NCBI GenBank assembly: GCA_028280105.1
Contig: JANQML010000093.1
Coordinates: 1,206-65,205 of the forward strand
DNA: 64,000 bases
Source: Desulfobacula sp.
Lineage (GTDB): Bacteria; Desulfobacterota; Desulfobacteria; Desulfobacterales; Desulfobacteraceae
Direction: 5' to 3'
Both the position numbers and the translations under genes were made by a program. The notes below the pieces were generated by a model. That model was not told where the DNA came from. It saw only the letters and a program-made list of their open reading frames with translations, and ran no database searches. Every line of letters starts with the position of its first letter. The first letter of the stretch is position 1. This document shows, piece by piece, positions 9,827 through 19,044 of this stretch.

Positions 9827-10951
9827 TCAAAGATGTTTGGCGATCATGCGTTTTTGTATTTCACTCGTACCTTCTACGATCATGAACAACCGGACATCCC
9901 TGAGCCAGCGTTCAAGCGGATAATCCTTTATATATCCGTATCCGCCGTGAATCTGCATGGCTTTTGAAACCGTTTTAAACGCCATTTCCGTGGTAAATAC
10001 TTTTGCCATTGAGGCCTGTTTTGAGTGCCTTTTTTTCCGGTCCTGAAGCCGGGCCGTATTTTCGATCAGAAGCCTGCTGCACTCGATATCCGTTGCCATT
10101 TCAGCCAGGTAGAACCGGATGGCATCAAAATTACCGATGGGTTCGCCAAACTGTTTCCGCTGTTTTGAATAGGCACGTGCAGCGTCAAATGCCGACTCGG
10201 CAATTCCCAGTGCAATGGATGCGATGGCCACCCGGGAGCAGTCAACCGCCTCTAAAATCCCCAGCATTCCCTGCCCCTCGCTTCCGATGAGGTTTTGAGC
10301 CGGCACCCTTACATTATTAAAAAAGAGTTCCGTTGTTTCAGATGCCCGAACCCCCATTTTATTTTCCGATCTGCCGATGTCGAATCCAGACAGGCTTTTA
10401 GGGACAATAAAGAGGCTTTTGTTAAACAGGGTCTCCTGTCGGGATGTGGCTGCCAGGACAACGACGATATCGGAATTTGCCCCGTTGGTAATAAAGTGTT
10501 TGTGACCGTTAAGGATGTAGGTATCTTTATGGCGTTCGGCAACCGTCTCTATGGAACCGAGGTCTGAACCGGCCTGAGGCTCAGTCATGGCACAGGCTCC
10601 CAGCCATTCCCCCGCGGCAAGCCGGGACAGATAAAATTCTTTCTGCTGTGTGCCGCCCAACAGGTTGATCAGATTGGCGCAGAGGCTGTGGGACAATAAA
10701 ATCATGGCATGCGACGGACAGCACCTTGCAAGCTCCCGGACGGTCCAGTAATAGGTGAGGTGGTCCGTATAGGTTCCGCCGTAAGCCTCGGGTATCAAAA
10801 TACCTGTCAAACCGATTCGGCTCATCTCGGCCACGGTGTCTGAAGGAAAATCCGCGGTTTCGTCAATCTCGCCGGCAATGGGGGCAATACGGTCCTTTGC
10901 AAACCGCTTGACCTCTTTGAGAATCATGCGTTGGGTTTGAAAACCGGGCAT
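9827..10951 (-). CDS. acyl-CoA (or acyl-ACP) dehydrogenase
   Basis: AMTEPQAGSD, LNGHKHFITNG, RKQFGEPI, QIHGGYGY, IVEGTSEIQ. Confidence 0.93.
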   Translation of the reverse strand: MPGFQTQRMILKEVKRFAKDRIAPIAGEIDETADFPSDTVAEMSRIGLTGILIPEAYGGTYTDHLTYYWTVRELARCCPSHAMILLSHSLCANLINLLGGTQQKEFYLSRLAAGEWLGACAMTEPQAGSDLGSIETVAERHKDTYILNGHKHFITNGANSDIVVVLAATSRQETLFNKSLFIVPKSLSGFDIGRSENKMGVRASETTELFFNNVRVPAQNLIGSEGQGMLGILEAVDCSRVAIASIALGIAESAFDAARAYSKQRKQFGEPIGNFDAIRFYLAEMATDIECSRLLIENTARLQDRKKRHSKQASMAKVFTTEMAFKTVSKAMQIHGGYGYIKDYPLERWLRDVRLFMIVEGTSEIQKRMIAKHL

Positions 10952-11979
10952 TATCTTTCCTTATCCGCCAGTATCAGGGAGTTGATATTATGCATGGACA
11001 TGGACGTGGAGCGAATGTTGACATAGTCCAAAGCTTCCAGCCAGGGAATCATGGTTTGCTTTGAATAGTTATATCCCCCGGGGAAAATAAGCAGGGCCAG
11101 CAAATCGTGCAATGCGGTGTATACAGAACCCAACCCGTCTTCAGACAGGAACATGGCCTGTATAATGAGCACGCCCCCCGGGTTTAATGCATGGAAAGAC
11201 TTTTTTAAAATCCTGCGGCAGTCTTCCGGGCTTTCCTGGTGCAGCACATGTGACAGAAAGACCACATCAAAACCGGTACCATAGCTCTCATCCGTTAAAT
11301 AGTTGCCTGGTTTCCATTCAAGCCGATCCTGTCCCCCTTTTTCTTGGGTTTGGATGCGGTCCCGGGCAATCGCCAGGGCATCGGGCAGGTCATACGCCGT
11401 ACACCGCAGTTGGGGATAGGCGCGGGCAAACATCTCCGTATAGACGGCCGGTCCACATCCAATATCGATCAGTGTTTCTTTATCTTCCAGATCAATATGG
11501 TTCAATACATCGGTACCCCTGTAGGCGGCATAGTCGATCATCCCTTTAATAAAAAGGGTTCTGTATTCTTCATCTGCCATGGCGTTGGCGTCTTCAACCG
11601 GTTCGTTTGACCGGACTGCCCGGCCCAGTTTTCCAAAAGAGCGGTTCCAGCGGGCGGTTAACTTTAAATAGTTGCCGAGGTAACCGGGCTTACCCCTTAC
11701 CAGCACCTGGTTTGCCATGGGTGTATTTTCATAGCCGTTTTGATCTTTTCTTAAATATCCGGTTGATACGGCCCCGTTTAAAAGCCGTTCCAGCGAGGCT
11801 AACGGTATGTGGGCCCGTGATCCGATTTCTTCTGCAGTCAATTTTTGATCGTTTAGCATGTCAAAGATGTCCAGTTCGATCAGTGCGTAAAGCACCTGGA
11901 CTTTCCATGCACCGGCCACATCATTTACGATCTGCATCTGGTCGGCGATAATCTTTTTATCAAGGTGACGATGATCCAT
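10951..11979 (-). CDS. SAM-dependent O-methyltransferase (CrtF/ASMT-like, dimerisation + Methyltransf_2)
   Basis: N-terminal winged-helix dimerisation region, LIDIGCGPA, SHVLH, LNPGGVLII. Confidence 0.85.
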   Translation of the reverse strand: MDHRHLDKKIIADQMQIVNDVAGAWKVQVLYALIELDIFDMLNDQKLTAEEIGSRAHIPLASLERLLNGAVSTGYLRKDQNGYENTPMANQVLVRGKPGYLGNYLKLTARWNRSFGKLGRAVRSNEPVEDANAMADEEYRTLFIKGMIDYAAYRGTDVLNHIDLEDKETLIDIGCGPAVYTEMFARAYPQLRCTAYDLPDALAIARDRIQTQEKGGQDRLEWKPGNYLTDESYGTGFDVVFLSHVLHQESPEDCRRILKKSFHALNPGGVLIIQAMFLSEDGLGSVYTALHDLLALLIFPGGYNYSKQTMIPWLEALDYVNIRSTSMSMHNINSLILADKER

Positions 11980-12008
11980 ATCTTATCCTCTGATGGTCAA
12001 ATTGATTC

Positions 12009-12977
12009 TCAAATCTGTTCGCCCTGCTCAATCAGCTCTTCTTCCAGGCCGAGCAATTCGGCGAGTTCCCTGATTTCAGGTGTAATTTTTCCGGTCATGA
12101 CCTCTTCCAGAAAAGCGATATTGTGTTCATACGCATCATCACTCATGGTGTCCTTGTCATGCTCGAACTGTTCCAATTCGTGGGGAATGAATCCTCTTTT
12201 TTTGTTGAGCAACCCGAAAAGAGAGATCATACGACAGCCGGAACTTAAGTATTTTTCCATGGGAAGCTCTTCCACAGGCGGCTGCCAATCGTATGTTTCC
12301 CGGAGGGTCTGCTTGATGGTTTCAATATTGTAATCTAGATAGTGGAACGGAAAAATCAACTTGCTGGGTGCATGATCGGCAAACAGCTTGTCAAATATTT
12401 TTTTAATGACGGGATTGGTATGGTATTGCTCAATGGTCTGAATCTTTTTATAATTTCCCATAAGGATTTTTCTTGAAACCATATCGAAAATTTCAATGTC
12501 TCTCAGCGAATCCGCCCGTTTCCGCTTCCGAAGCTGCATGGGGGTGGCCCCATATGCCACAAACGGAATATTGTTTCGCTGGGCAAACTCCATTCCCAGA
12601 GCCATGAAATACCGTCCGCAGTAGAAACATAACGGATTTGTATCAAATTCCTTTAACCGGTCTTCAGTAATCAAAAACCGATAAAATTCGATCAGTTCAT
12701 TCTGCAGCGGCTGATAGATGAAGAGATCCGCACCCAGTTGGGAGGCGACTTTTTTTACTTTTTCCACATAACTTTTTTCTTCAAATCCGTTTTCAACCGT
12801 GAACAGGCAGACCCTTCCCCCTTTGGCCTGTTTAAGTTTATGGGCAAGATAGGTGCTGTCTTTACCGCCGCTGAACAGCACCAGATAATCATAGGGCGAA
12901 CTTTCGCAATAACCGTCTGCCAGGATGTTGTAAAACGTGTTTTCAAAATCTTCTTTTTGATCCGGATGTACTTCCAT
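12009..12977 (-). CDS. PP-loop (N-type ATP pyrophosphatase) family protein
   Basis: YDYLVLFSGGKDSTY PP-loop, CFYC motif. Confidence 0.75.
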   Translation of the reverse strand: MEVHPDQKEDFENTFYNILADGYCESSPYDYLVLFSGGKDSTYLAHKLKQAKGGRVCLFTVENGFEEKSYVEKVKKVASQLGADLFIYQPLQNELIEFYRFLITEDRLKEFDTNPLCFYCGRYFMALGMEFAQRNNIPFVAYGATPMQLRKRKRADSLRDIEIFDMVSRKILMGNYKKIQTIEQYHTNPVIKKIFDKLFADHAPSKLIFPFHYLDYNIETIKQTLRETYDWQPPVEELPMEKYLSSGCRMISLFGLLNKKRGFIPHELEQFEHDKDTMSDDAYEHNIAFLEEVMTGKITPEIRELAELLGLEEELIEQGEQI

Positions 12978-13046
12978 TTCAACTCCTTTTAAGTAACAAA
13001 CTATTACATTAATGAATGAACTCAGCCATGGCTGTGTCGTGTGCTT

Positions 13047-14054
13047 TTAAGCGATTTCCAACCAAAATGTATTCCGGTTGAGGTGAATTTCATCTGTGAA
13101 CGTTACTATGCTTAAAGATGTTTTTCCCTGTTTGAACGGATAGTCCACAAACCCCATTTCCAATAAATCGCCGGTATTAAAATAACCGGTGTTGGGAATG
13201 CTGATACCGCTCACACCGTTTTCTTTTAACTCCGGTATAATGGAAGCCAAGATCATTTTTTTTTCAGACGCTGAAAACAAATGGGTAAACCAGTTATAAA
13301 GAATGGCCGTCTTTTTTGGACGAATACCGGTAAAGTCAAGGATGGAAAAATTGATCAGGCCTTTTATCTCGCCGTCTTTCTTAATTATTTTGGTCCGGCT
13401 GTACGGTGAATCTGAAAACCGGTAAACAAAAACGTTTTCCCTCAAAGCTTCACATACGGCACACTGACGGGTGTGACGAAAGATGAGGGTCATGCATTGG
13501 GCCGTCTCACCCGGATTGTCCGGATTGAACGGTAAAATCTCAATGCCATCGTCATTGCCATCCATAGACGAAATTTGATCAATGTCGGCCAGTAACATAT
13601 TAAAGGCCTGTATATGGTGAAACAGATAGCCTTTGCGTTGAGCAAACAAATCGGCAATTTCATTATTTTTGATACCGTAAGCGGTATACCCGTAATACAG
13701 ATCATATCCACGGTTTTCGGCCCCTGTGAGCATATGCTCATTGAGTTTCAAATAGGGGAACATATGGCTGAAATCCGGATCAGTTGTTGCCAGACTGTTG
13801 AACAATGCGCGATACGGTTTTTTATCGATATAGATTTGTTTCTCTTTTGAAAAGCAGAAACAGACCAGTTGATTGCCGATATACCCTCCCAGGGTCAGGT
13901 GGGGATCGATATCCGGCGATTCAAGCAAATATTTGAGATATGACCGGTTGAAATCAATATGGGTTCTATGTTCCAGGGGCCACGACCGTTTAATCAATGC
14001 GGCCAGTTCCGTATAGTTGCCGTTAAATGGCAATATTTCAAAGTTACGCGTCAT
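13047..14054 (-). CDS. GNAT-fold acyltransferase (two-domain, NMT/FemX-like)
   Basis: GGYIGNQLVCF...NSLATTDPDF GNAT strand pattern repeated in second half (DGEIKGLINF); start chosen at ATG 14054 overlapping PPTase end. Confidence 0.55.
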   Translation of the reverse strand: MTRNFEILPFNGNYTELAALIKRSWPLEHRTHIDFNRSYLKYLLESPDIDPHLTLGGYIGNQLVCFCFSKEKQIYIDKKPYRALFNSLATTDPDFSHMFPYLKLNEHMLTGAENRGYDLYYGYTAYGIKNNEIADLFAQRKGYLFHHIQAFNMLLADIDQISSMDGNDDGIEILPFNPDNPGETAQCMTLIFRHTRQCAVCEALRENVFVYRFSDSPYSRTKIIKKDGEIKGLINFSILDFTGIRPKKTAILYNWFTHLFSASEKKMILASIIPELKENGVSGISIPNTGYFNTGDLLEMGFVDYPFKQGKTSLSIVTFTDEIHLNRNTFWLEIA

Positions 14055-14721
14055 GGTTTTCAATGGCCAGACAGGTGAATACAGATCTGCCGCTGACAAG
14101 GCAGGTGACGGTTAACGGATGATCAAGGCGGTCGAGCCGCTTTTCCAATCCGTTTAAAAAATCTACGGTAAAAGCATGGGTTTCGTCGATCCAATTCAGT
14201 TGGACATCCTTAAACCCTATCCTTGAAACATGCTTTAAGTTCAATGCTTTATATATGGATTCTTTGGCCGAAAAGAGCATCATAAAACGTACCGACTTCA
14301 GGGTTTCACACTGTTTCGCCCATTGTATCTCCGCCGGCACACATATCTTTTTGAACATTTCAAATGGAATATCTTCCGACGTATATTCAAGATCGATACC
14401 GATGCTGCTGTATTGCCTTTCCCGGGCAACGGCGGCAACAGCCATTTTGGTTTTATGGGTAATGGATCCCACATATCCCGCCGGCCAGATCGGTTCACGG
14501 CGGCGCCCCTTTAAAACCGGAAACCTTGTGATTCCAAACTGAGCCAGTGCATTGCGGGCAGCGGTTCTGCCCATGGTGAATTCACCGGTTCTTTTTCGAG
14601 TGGCAAACGCGGTTAAAATCTGTTTTTCCTCCGGGTAAAGACAGGATTCGGCACGTTGAGAAGCAGATACAACCGAGACGTTCACCCCAGGCATACACAA
14701 TGATGAAATCTGTTGATCCAT
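14044..14721 (-). CDS. 4'-phosphopantetheinyl transferase (EntD/Sfp type)
   Basis: RTGEFTMGR, PIWPAGYVGSITH, IGIDLE, FSAKESIYKA. Confidence 0.93.
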   Translation of the reverse strand: MDQQISSLCMPGVNVSVVSASQRAESCLYPEEKQILTAFATRKRTGEFTMGRTAARNALAQFGITRFPVLKGRRREPIWPAGYVGSITHKTKMAVAAVARERQYSSIGIDLEYTSEDIPFEMFKKICVPAEIQWAKQCETLKSVRFMMLFSAKESIYKALNLKHVSRIGFKDVQLNWIDETHAFTVDFLNGLEKRLDRLDHPLTVTCLVSGRSVFTCLAIENHDA

Positions 14722-14732
14722 GGACCGCTCCG

Positions 14733-16112
14733 TTAGCAATAAAAGCTCCTATAGACCGCCAGGGCCTCAATGTTTGTTACCGGTAACCTATCCGAGTATT
14801 TGGTTTTTAATATGTCGAGAATAATATCTTCGGTTTCCCATTTTCCAAAACCGTTCAACCGATTCAGGTATTTGTTAACGAGTAGCGCCTGTTCAATTCC
14901 CTTTTCTTTTACCGGACCATGCTTTTTGGTATAATCTTCCAATAGGCCGAGATAGAGTTTTGTATCCGGAATGGCAGAATAACGGGTAATATAGGCCTCT
15001 ATTTCATACATTTCTAAAAAATCAAATATCATTTCAACCGTTTGATGAGAGTCTCCTTTAAACCCGAGCATAAACGAACCGGTAACATCGATGTTCCGGC
15101 GCTTGAGTGCCGTAAGTGCCTCCCCGTATTTCGGCATCAGGCTCTGCTTCATTTCATTGCCCAGTTTGCCGACATTTTGTTTGGACAGGGTTTCAAATCC
15201 GAATGCAAGCTTCGGTTGTCCGCTCTGTGCAATCAAATCGAGCAGTTCAGGATTCTGATAGATGGAGATATCCGCATGTGCTCCCCATTGGCCCAAATCC
15301 GTGCCTTGCAGAGCGGAAAAAAGCTCAATGGCATAGGATTTATCTGCAAAAAGATTGTCATCAAAGAAAAAGAAGAGGCTATCCGGCCAGAACTGTTTGA
15401 TGTGTGTGATCTCCTCTAAAACCGCACCAACGGGTTTATGGCGGTAAGCGTCTCCCAGGATATTGGATACGTTGCAGTAATTGCACCGGTAGGGACAGCC
15501 GCGAGTGGTTTGAACACCGATAACATTGTATCGGTATTTGGCGGCAATCTCAAAATTGAGTACCGGTATATCGCCGGGAGACAGGTTTTTTTCTGTTTTT
15601 GATTTTTGATATACCGGCTTTGGCTGCCGGTTCAAAAAATCATTTAAAAATTCTTTAAACAGGAGTTCACCTTCACCGAGAACCACACTGATGCCTTCCT
15701 GTAAATAGACGTCGGGAAATGTTGTGGCATGAACCCCTCCAACGACGATATAGAGCCCTTTTTGTTTAAAAAATTTGATTAATTTTTCAGTTCGTTTCCA
15801 CTGAATGACCTGGCCGGTTATCGCCACCAGGTCATAATCCCGACAATTGCCATAAAGGTGTTCCAAATCATTTTTTTCAAAATTTTCATCAATAAAATCA
15901 AATGCGAATTCTCTGCCCAGGGAGGAGGCCAACGTCAAAAGACCGAGGCCATAAAACACCCGTTTTGTAAAGCGTTCATGTCTTTTTAAATCTCGGTTGA
16001 AGAATGATGCCCCTTTCCAGCGTTTATTTGCAATATCTTCAACATGCCCCATATAGGCCGTCGATACTTTGGGGCAAACAAAGAGTATCTTGAGTTTATG
16101 AGTTTTCTGCAT
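14733..16112 (-). CDS. cobalamin-dependent radical SAM enzyme
   Basis: N-terminal B12-binding domain (VVGGVHAT, GEGE), TRGCPYRCNYC. Confidence 0.9.
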   Translation of the reverse strand: MQKTHKLKILFVCPKVSTAYMGHVEDIANKRWKGASFFNRDLKRHERFTKRVFYGLGLLTLASSLGREFAFDFIDENFEKNDLEHLYGNCRDYDLVAITGQVIQWKRTEKLIKFFKQKGLYIVVGGVHATTFPDVYLQEGISVVLGEGELLFKEFLNDFLNRQPKPVYQKSKTEKNLSPGDIPVLNFEIAAKYRYNVIGVQTTRGCPYRCNYCNVSNILGDAYRHKPVGAVLEEITHIKQFWPDSLFFFFDDNLFADKSYAIELFSALQGTDLGQWGAHADISIYQNPELLDLIAQSGQPKLAFGFETLSKQNVGKLGNEMKQSLMPKYGEALTALKRRNIDVTGSFMLGFKGDSHQTVEMIFDFLEMYEIEAYITRYSAIPDTKLYLGLLEDYTKKHGPVKEKGIEQALLVNKYLNRLNGFGKWETEDIILDILKTKYSDRLPVTNIEALAVYRSFYC

Positions 16113-16165
16113 AGTCTGTCTCTTTTTGGATTTTTACATCTGCCATGGATTCACAAGAGGCGGTG

Positions 16166-17491
16166 CTATATTATGATTTCCTGCTTTTTTTGTGCTTTGG
16201 ATGGAAGGTTTTCCATGAATGCTTCTACGCGTGTTGCCACCTGGGATTTGGAAAAATACCGTTCATCCATACTGTCGGCGTCAAACAACAGCACCGGTAT
16301 ATTCAGTTCTTTTTCAATATAATGCATCAGTTCATACTGGGTCAGAGAGATGGGACGACAGCTTCTGTCCATATGCAACACCACTGCATCAATTTTAAAA
16401 TCCCGGATCATGTTTTTTATCTTCTCTTTTTTATGCTGCAAGGGGTGTTTGCTGTCTGCCTGCATAAAGAACCGGATACCGTCTTCAAGGGTTACCGGCG
16501 GCAGGGTTTCAATTTTTTCGATCACCTTTTCTTTGGTTAACGGGTACTGAAACCATGGATCAAGGGTATTGAGGTAATAGGATGATCCAAAGAAAAAAGT
16601 CGATGTGACGACAGTGGCATTGTATCGGGAAAACAACGCCTGAAAAAAATCTTTTTTATGATAAACCGGCAGCAGGTCCCATAATAAACGATACTCTTTT
16701 TCACCGGTTCTTTCCCGATTCAGATACTGTTTACTGAGGCTGTTGTAAAGATCGATCATCATGTTCAGTACAACATCGTTTTCAGAGTCTATAATGTAAA
16801 ACGGCAGAAGAAATATATTTAGATCCATTGCATCTACAGGCGCCGGGTCCAAGCTGCACAGCTTCATAATTTCACGCCAGACGACAAACACCCTAAAATC
16901 CTTATGGATTGAGGCCTTCAACTTATCCGGGTTGAATTCCGTGTGAAATTCTTTTTGTATTTCTTTTGCAAACTGCTCGATTTGTGCCAGTGCATATGTG
17001 ACGGCACGGCTATTTTCATCCAATTCATTTGTACATGGAAAGTCACAGAAGTAATAAGGAATCTTAAGACGGGTGCTCAAAAATTTAAACCCTTTGGCGG
17101 CCTGCAGACAATAACTGTTGTTTCCAATGACCATATCCGGTTTCGGCAGCTGGAATGCCAAGGAATCTCCCAGCAACGCCGTACCGATTGCTGCCTTCAC
17201 TTCTCCGCATATGTCGTGGGGAAGCTCATGGTTGTCTTCAACATGTTTTAAAATATGCTTGGCTTTTCCCCGGGCAGATTGGAATCCCGCGTGGAATTGC
17301 GGATAGACCGGGATGACTCCCATACTGTAAAGAATCTGTTTTGGGAAACCGATATTTACATATGCAACCGGCGTTTCCCCCGGTTTTATTTTTCTGAGCA
17401 TCCGGTAGTAAGAACTCAGGACATCGTTAACGAAAAAAACTGATTTCAGGGGAACAACTTTTTTATTGGCTTTTTTATTTTTTGATTTCAT
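16166..17491 (-). CDS. 2-hydroxyacyl-CoA dehydratase / benzoyl-CoA reductase family subunit (HgdA-like)
   Basis: HDICGEVK, LPKPD, NSYC, DRSCRP, QVATRVEAFME. Confidence 0.85.
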   Translation of the reverse strand: MKSKNKKANKKVVPLKSVFFVNDVLSSYYRMLRKIKPGETPVAYVNIGFPKQILYSMGVIPVYPQFHAGFQSARGKAKHILKHVEDNHELPHDICGEVKAAIGTALLGDSLAFQLPKPDMVIGNNSYCLQAAKGFKFLSTRLKIPYYFCDFPCTNELDENSRAVTYALAQIEQFAKEIQKEFHTEFNPDKLKASIHKDFRVFVVWREIMKLCSLDPAPVDAMDLNIFLLPFYIIDSENDVVLNMMIDLYNSLSKQYLNRERTGEKEYRLLWDLLPVYHKKDFFQALFSRYNATVVTSTFFFGSSYYLNTLDPWFQYPLTKEKVIEKIETLPPVTLEDGIRFFMQADSKHPLQHKKEKIKNMIRDFKIDAVVLHMDRSCRPISLTQYELMHYIEKELNIPVLLFDADSMDERYFSKSQVATRVEAFMENLPSKAQKKQEIII

Positions 17492-17495
17492 TTTT

Positions 17496-18635
17496 TTATA
17501 TGTTTTCTATAAATGCCTCAATCCGGGTTTCAATCTGGCCCCAATTATCTCCGTCAAGGGATGACTCCAAAACCAGAAACGGTATCTTTTTCTCCATTAG
17601 TTTTTGCCGGGCAATCGTATACTCCAGATAATGCGGATCGCAAAATTTGAAAAATATGAAGACAATCCCATCGGCATCTCCATTCTTATATTTTTCAATC
17701 AGTACATCCGCGTACTCTGACTTTGTTTCAATTTTTACCGGACAATAGAGAGAGAGTATGCGATCAGCAATCATCTCCGCCCATGCGGTTCCAGCGTTTA
17801 CCGGTTCGTTCTTTGGGGTAAACAGGCTGCGTGATCCTTCACACAGGTCATCATCAACAACAGAGACACCTAAGTTCTCAATTTTTTTAACCAACTCATA
17901 ATTGCAGTTAACCAAACCGGACAAGAGGATCTTTTTGCGTCCCCGGGCAGCGGTTTCCCGTTCTAAACCAACCCGTCCGGATATGGATTCGAGCAGTTCG
18001 TCCAACATCTGGATGTGATCTTCAACCGGAATAAAATATCCGGCAGAGAGAAGATTTAAAATGTCATGGCCTGACAGAATATCCGGATTTTCAGTTTTCA
18101 AGGATTTGAGTTTTTGAAGCCGTGTATTCTGTTTCCTGTATTGCTCTATACTTTTTTTTATACGGTCTGAAGAGATGACAAAATCGAATCGATTTTCCAT
18201 AAATCGTTTAAATATCTCTATCTCTTTTACTAAAAGCGTTTTTGCCGGTTTTCCCCTGAACTTTGTCGGAATACCCATCGTATAGATGGACAACTGACCG
18301 GACGATTCCAAAATGGATGATCCGGCTTTCAGCGTATCGCAGCAAAAACCGAATACCGCGCCTTCCAGAAACGATAACCGTCCTTCATTAACCGTTTGAA
18401 TAAGGCCTTTTAAAAAATCACAGCACTGGCTGGGGATTCTCTGATCCGTTCCCATGCCTTTTGATTTTCCGAACAGCCGAACGGGAATTAAACCGGCCGC
18501 ATGTATGATTTCAATGGGCACAAAGATGCAATCATAGCCGAAATACCGTTTTTCCTGCCGGTTCGATGCAATATAATGATATGGATCGTTTACAATGGTG
18601 CAGGCGTTTTCTATAGTCTGGTGTTTATTGTTCAT
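17496..18635 (-). CDS. 2-hydroxyacyl-CoA dehydratase / benzoyl-CoA reductase family subunit (HgdB-like)
   Basis: VPIEIIHAAGLIPVRL, FCCDT, DDLCEGSR, KFCDPH, GQIETRIEAFIE. Confidence 0.88.
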   Translation of the reverse strand: MNNKHQTIENACTIVNDPYHYIASNRQEKRYFGYDCIFVPIEIIHAAGLIPVRLFGKSKGMGTDQRIPSQCCDFLKGLIQTVNEGRLSFLEGAVFGFCCDTLKAGSSILESSGQLSIYTMGIPTKFRGKPAKTLLVKEIEIFKRFMENRFDFVISSDRIKKSIEQYRKQNTRLQKLKSLKTENPDILSGHDILNLLSAGYFIPVEDHIQMLDELLESISGRVGLERETAARGRKKILLSGLVNCNYELVKKIENLGVSVVDDDLCEGSRSLFTPKNEPVNAGTAWAEMIADRILSLYCPVKIETKSEYADVLIEKYKNGDADGIVFIFFKFCDPHYLEYTIARQKLMEKKIPFLVLESSLDGDNWGQIETRIEAFIENI

Positions 18636-19044
18636 AGCTTTTTTCTTTTAAAGACAGTTCAATAAAATCCACGATATTTTCCACTTTCAGAAAATTCAGC
18701 ATTTCCGTTATCGGCATTTCACCGGCATCTTCGATTTCAACGGGGATTTCAAGATTTGGAATACGGTTCTTGATTTCCAGAATACCCGATGATGTCAACA
18801 TATTATTTTCATTTATTAAATCCGGGTTTTCCAGAATATCTCGGATGCTCCAGAAACTATTCTCCTCAATGACGATATCAAACACATCTTCCAGTCTGAA
18901 ATTGATATCTACGATATCAAATGATTCAATGCCGATATCTTCTGCACAGGATGATTCCATGGTGATATCTTCCCCGTCAAGGCCTGTAACTTCACAGATG
19001 ATTTCGACAACCTTATTATAGATCTCTTCTCTTTGACGACTCAT
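18625..19044 (-). CDS. extended acyl carrier protein (139 aa, internal insertion)
   Basis: EDIGIESFDIVDINFRLE motif; terminal helix LKVENIVDFI separated from it by a ~45 aa insert. Confidence 0.82.
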   Translation of the reverse strand: MSRQREEIYNKVVEIICEVTGLDGEDITMESSCAEDIGIESFDIVDINFRLEDVFDIVIEENSFWSIRDILENPDLINENNMLTSSGILEIKNRIPNLEIPVEIEDAGEMPITEMLNFLKVENIVDFIELSLKEKSYEQ

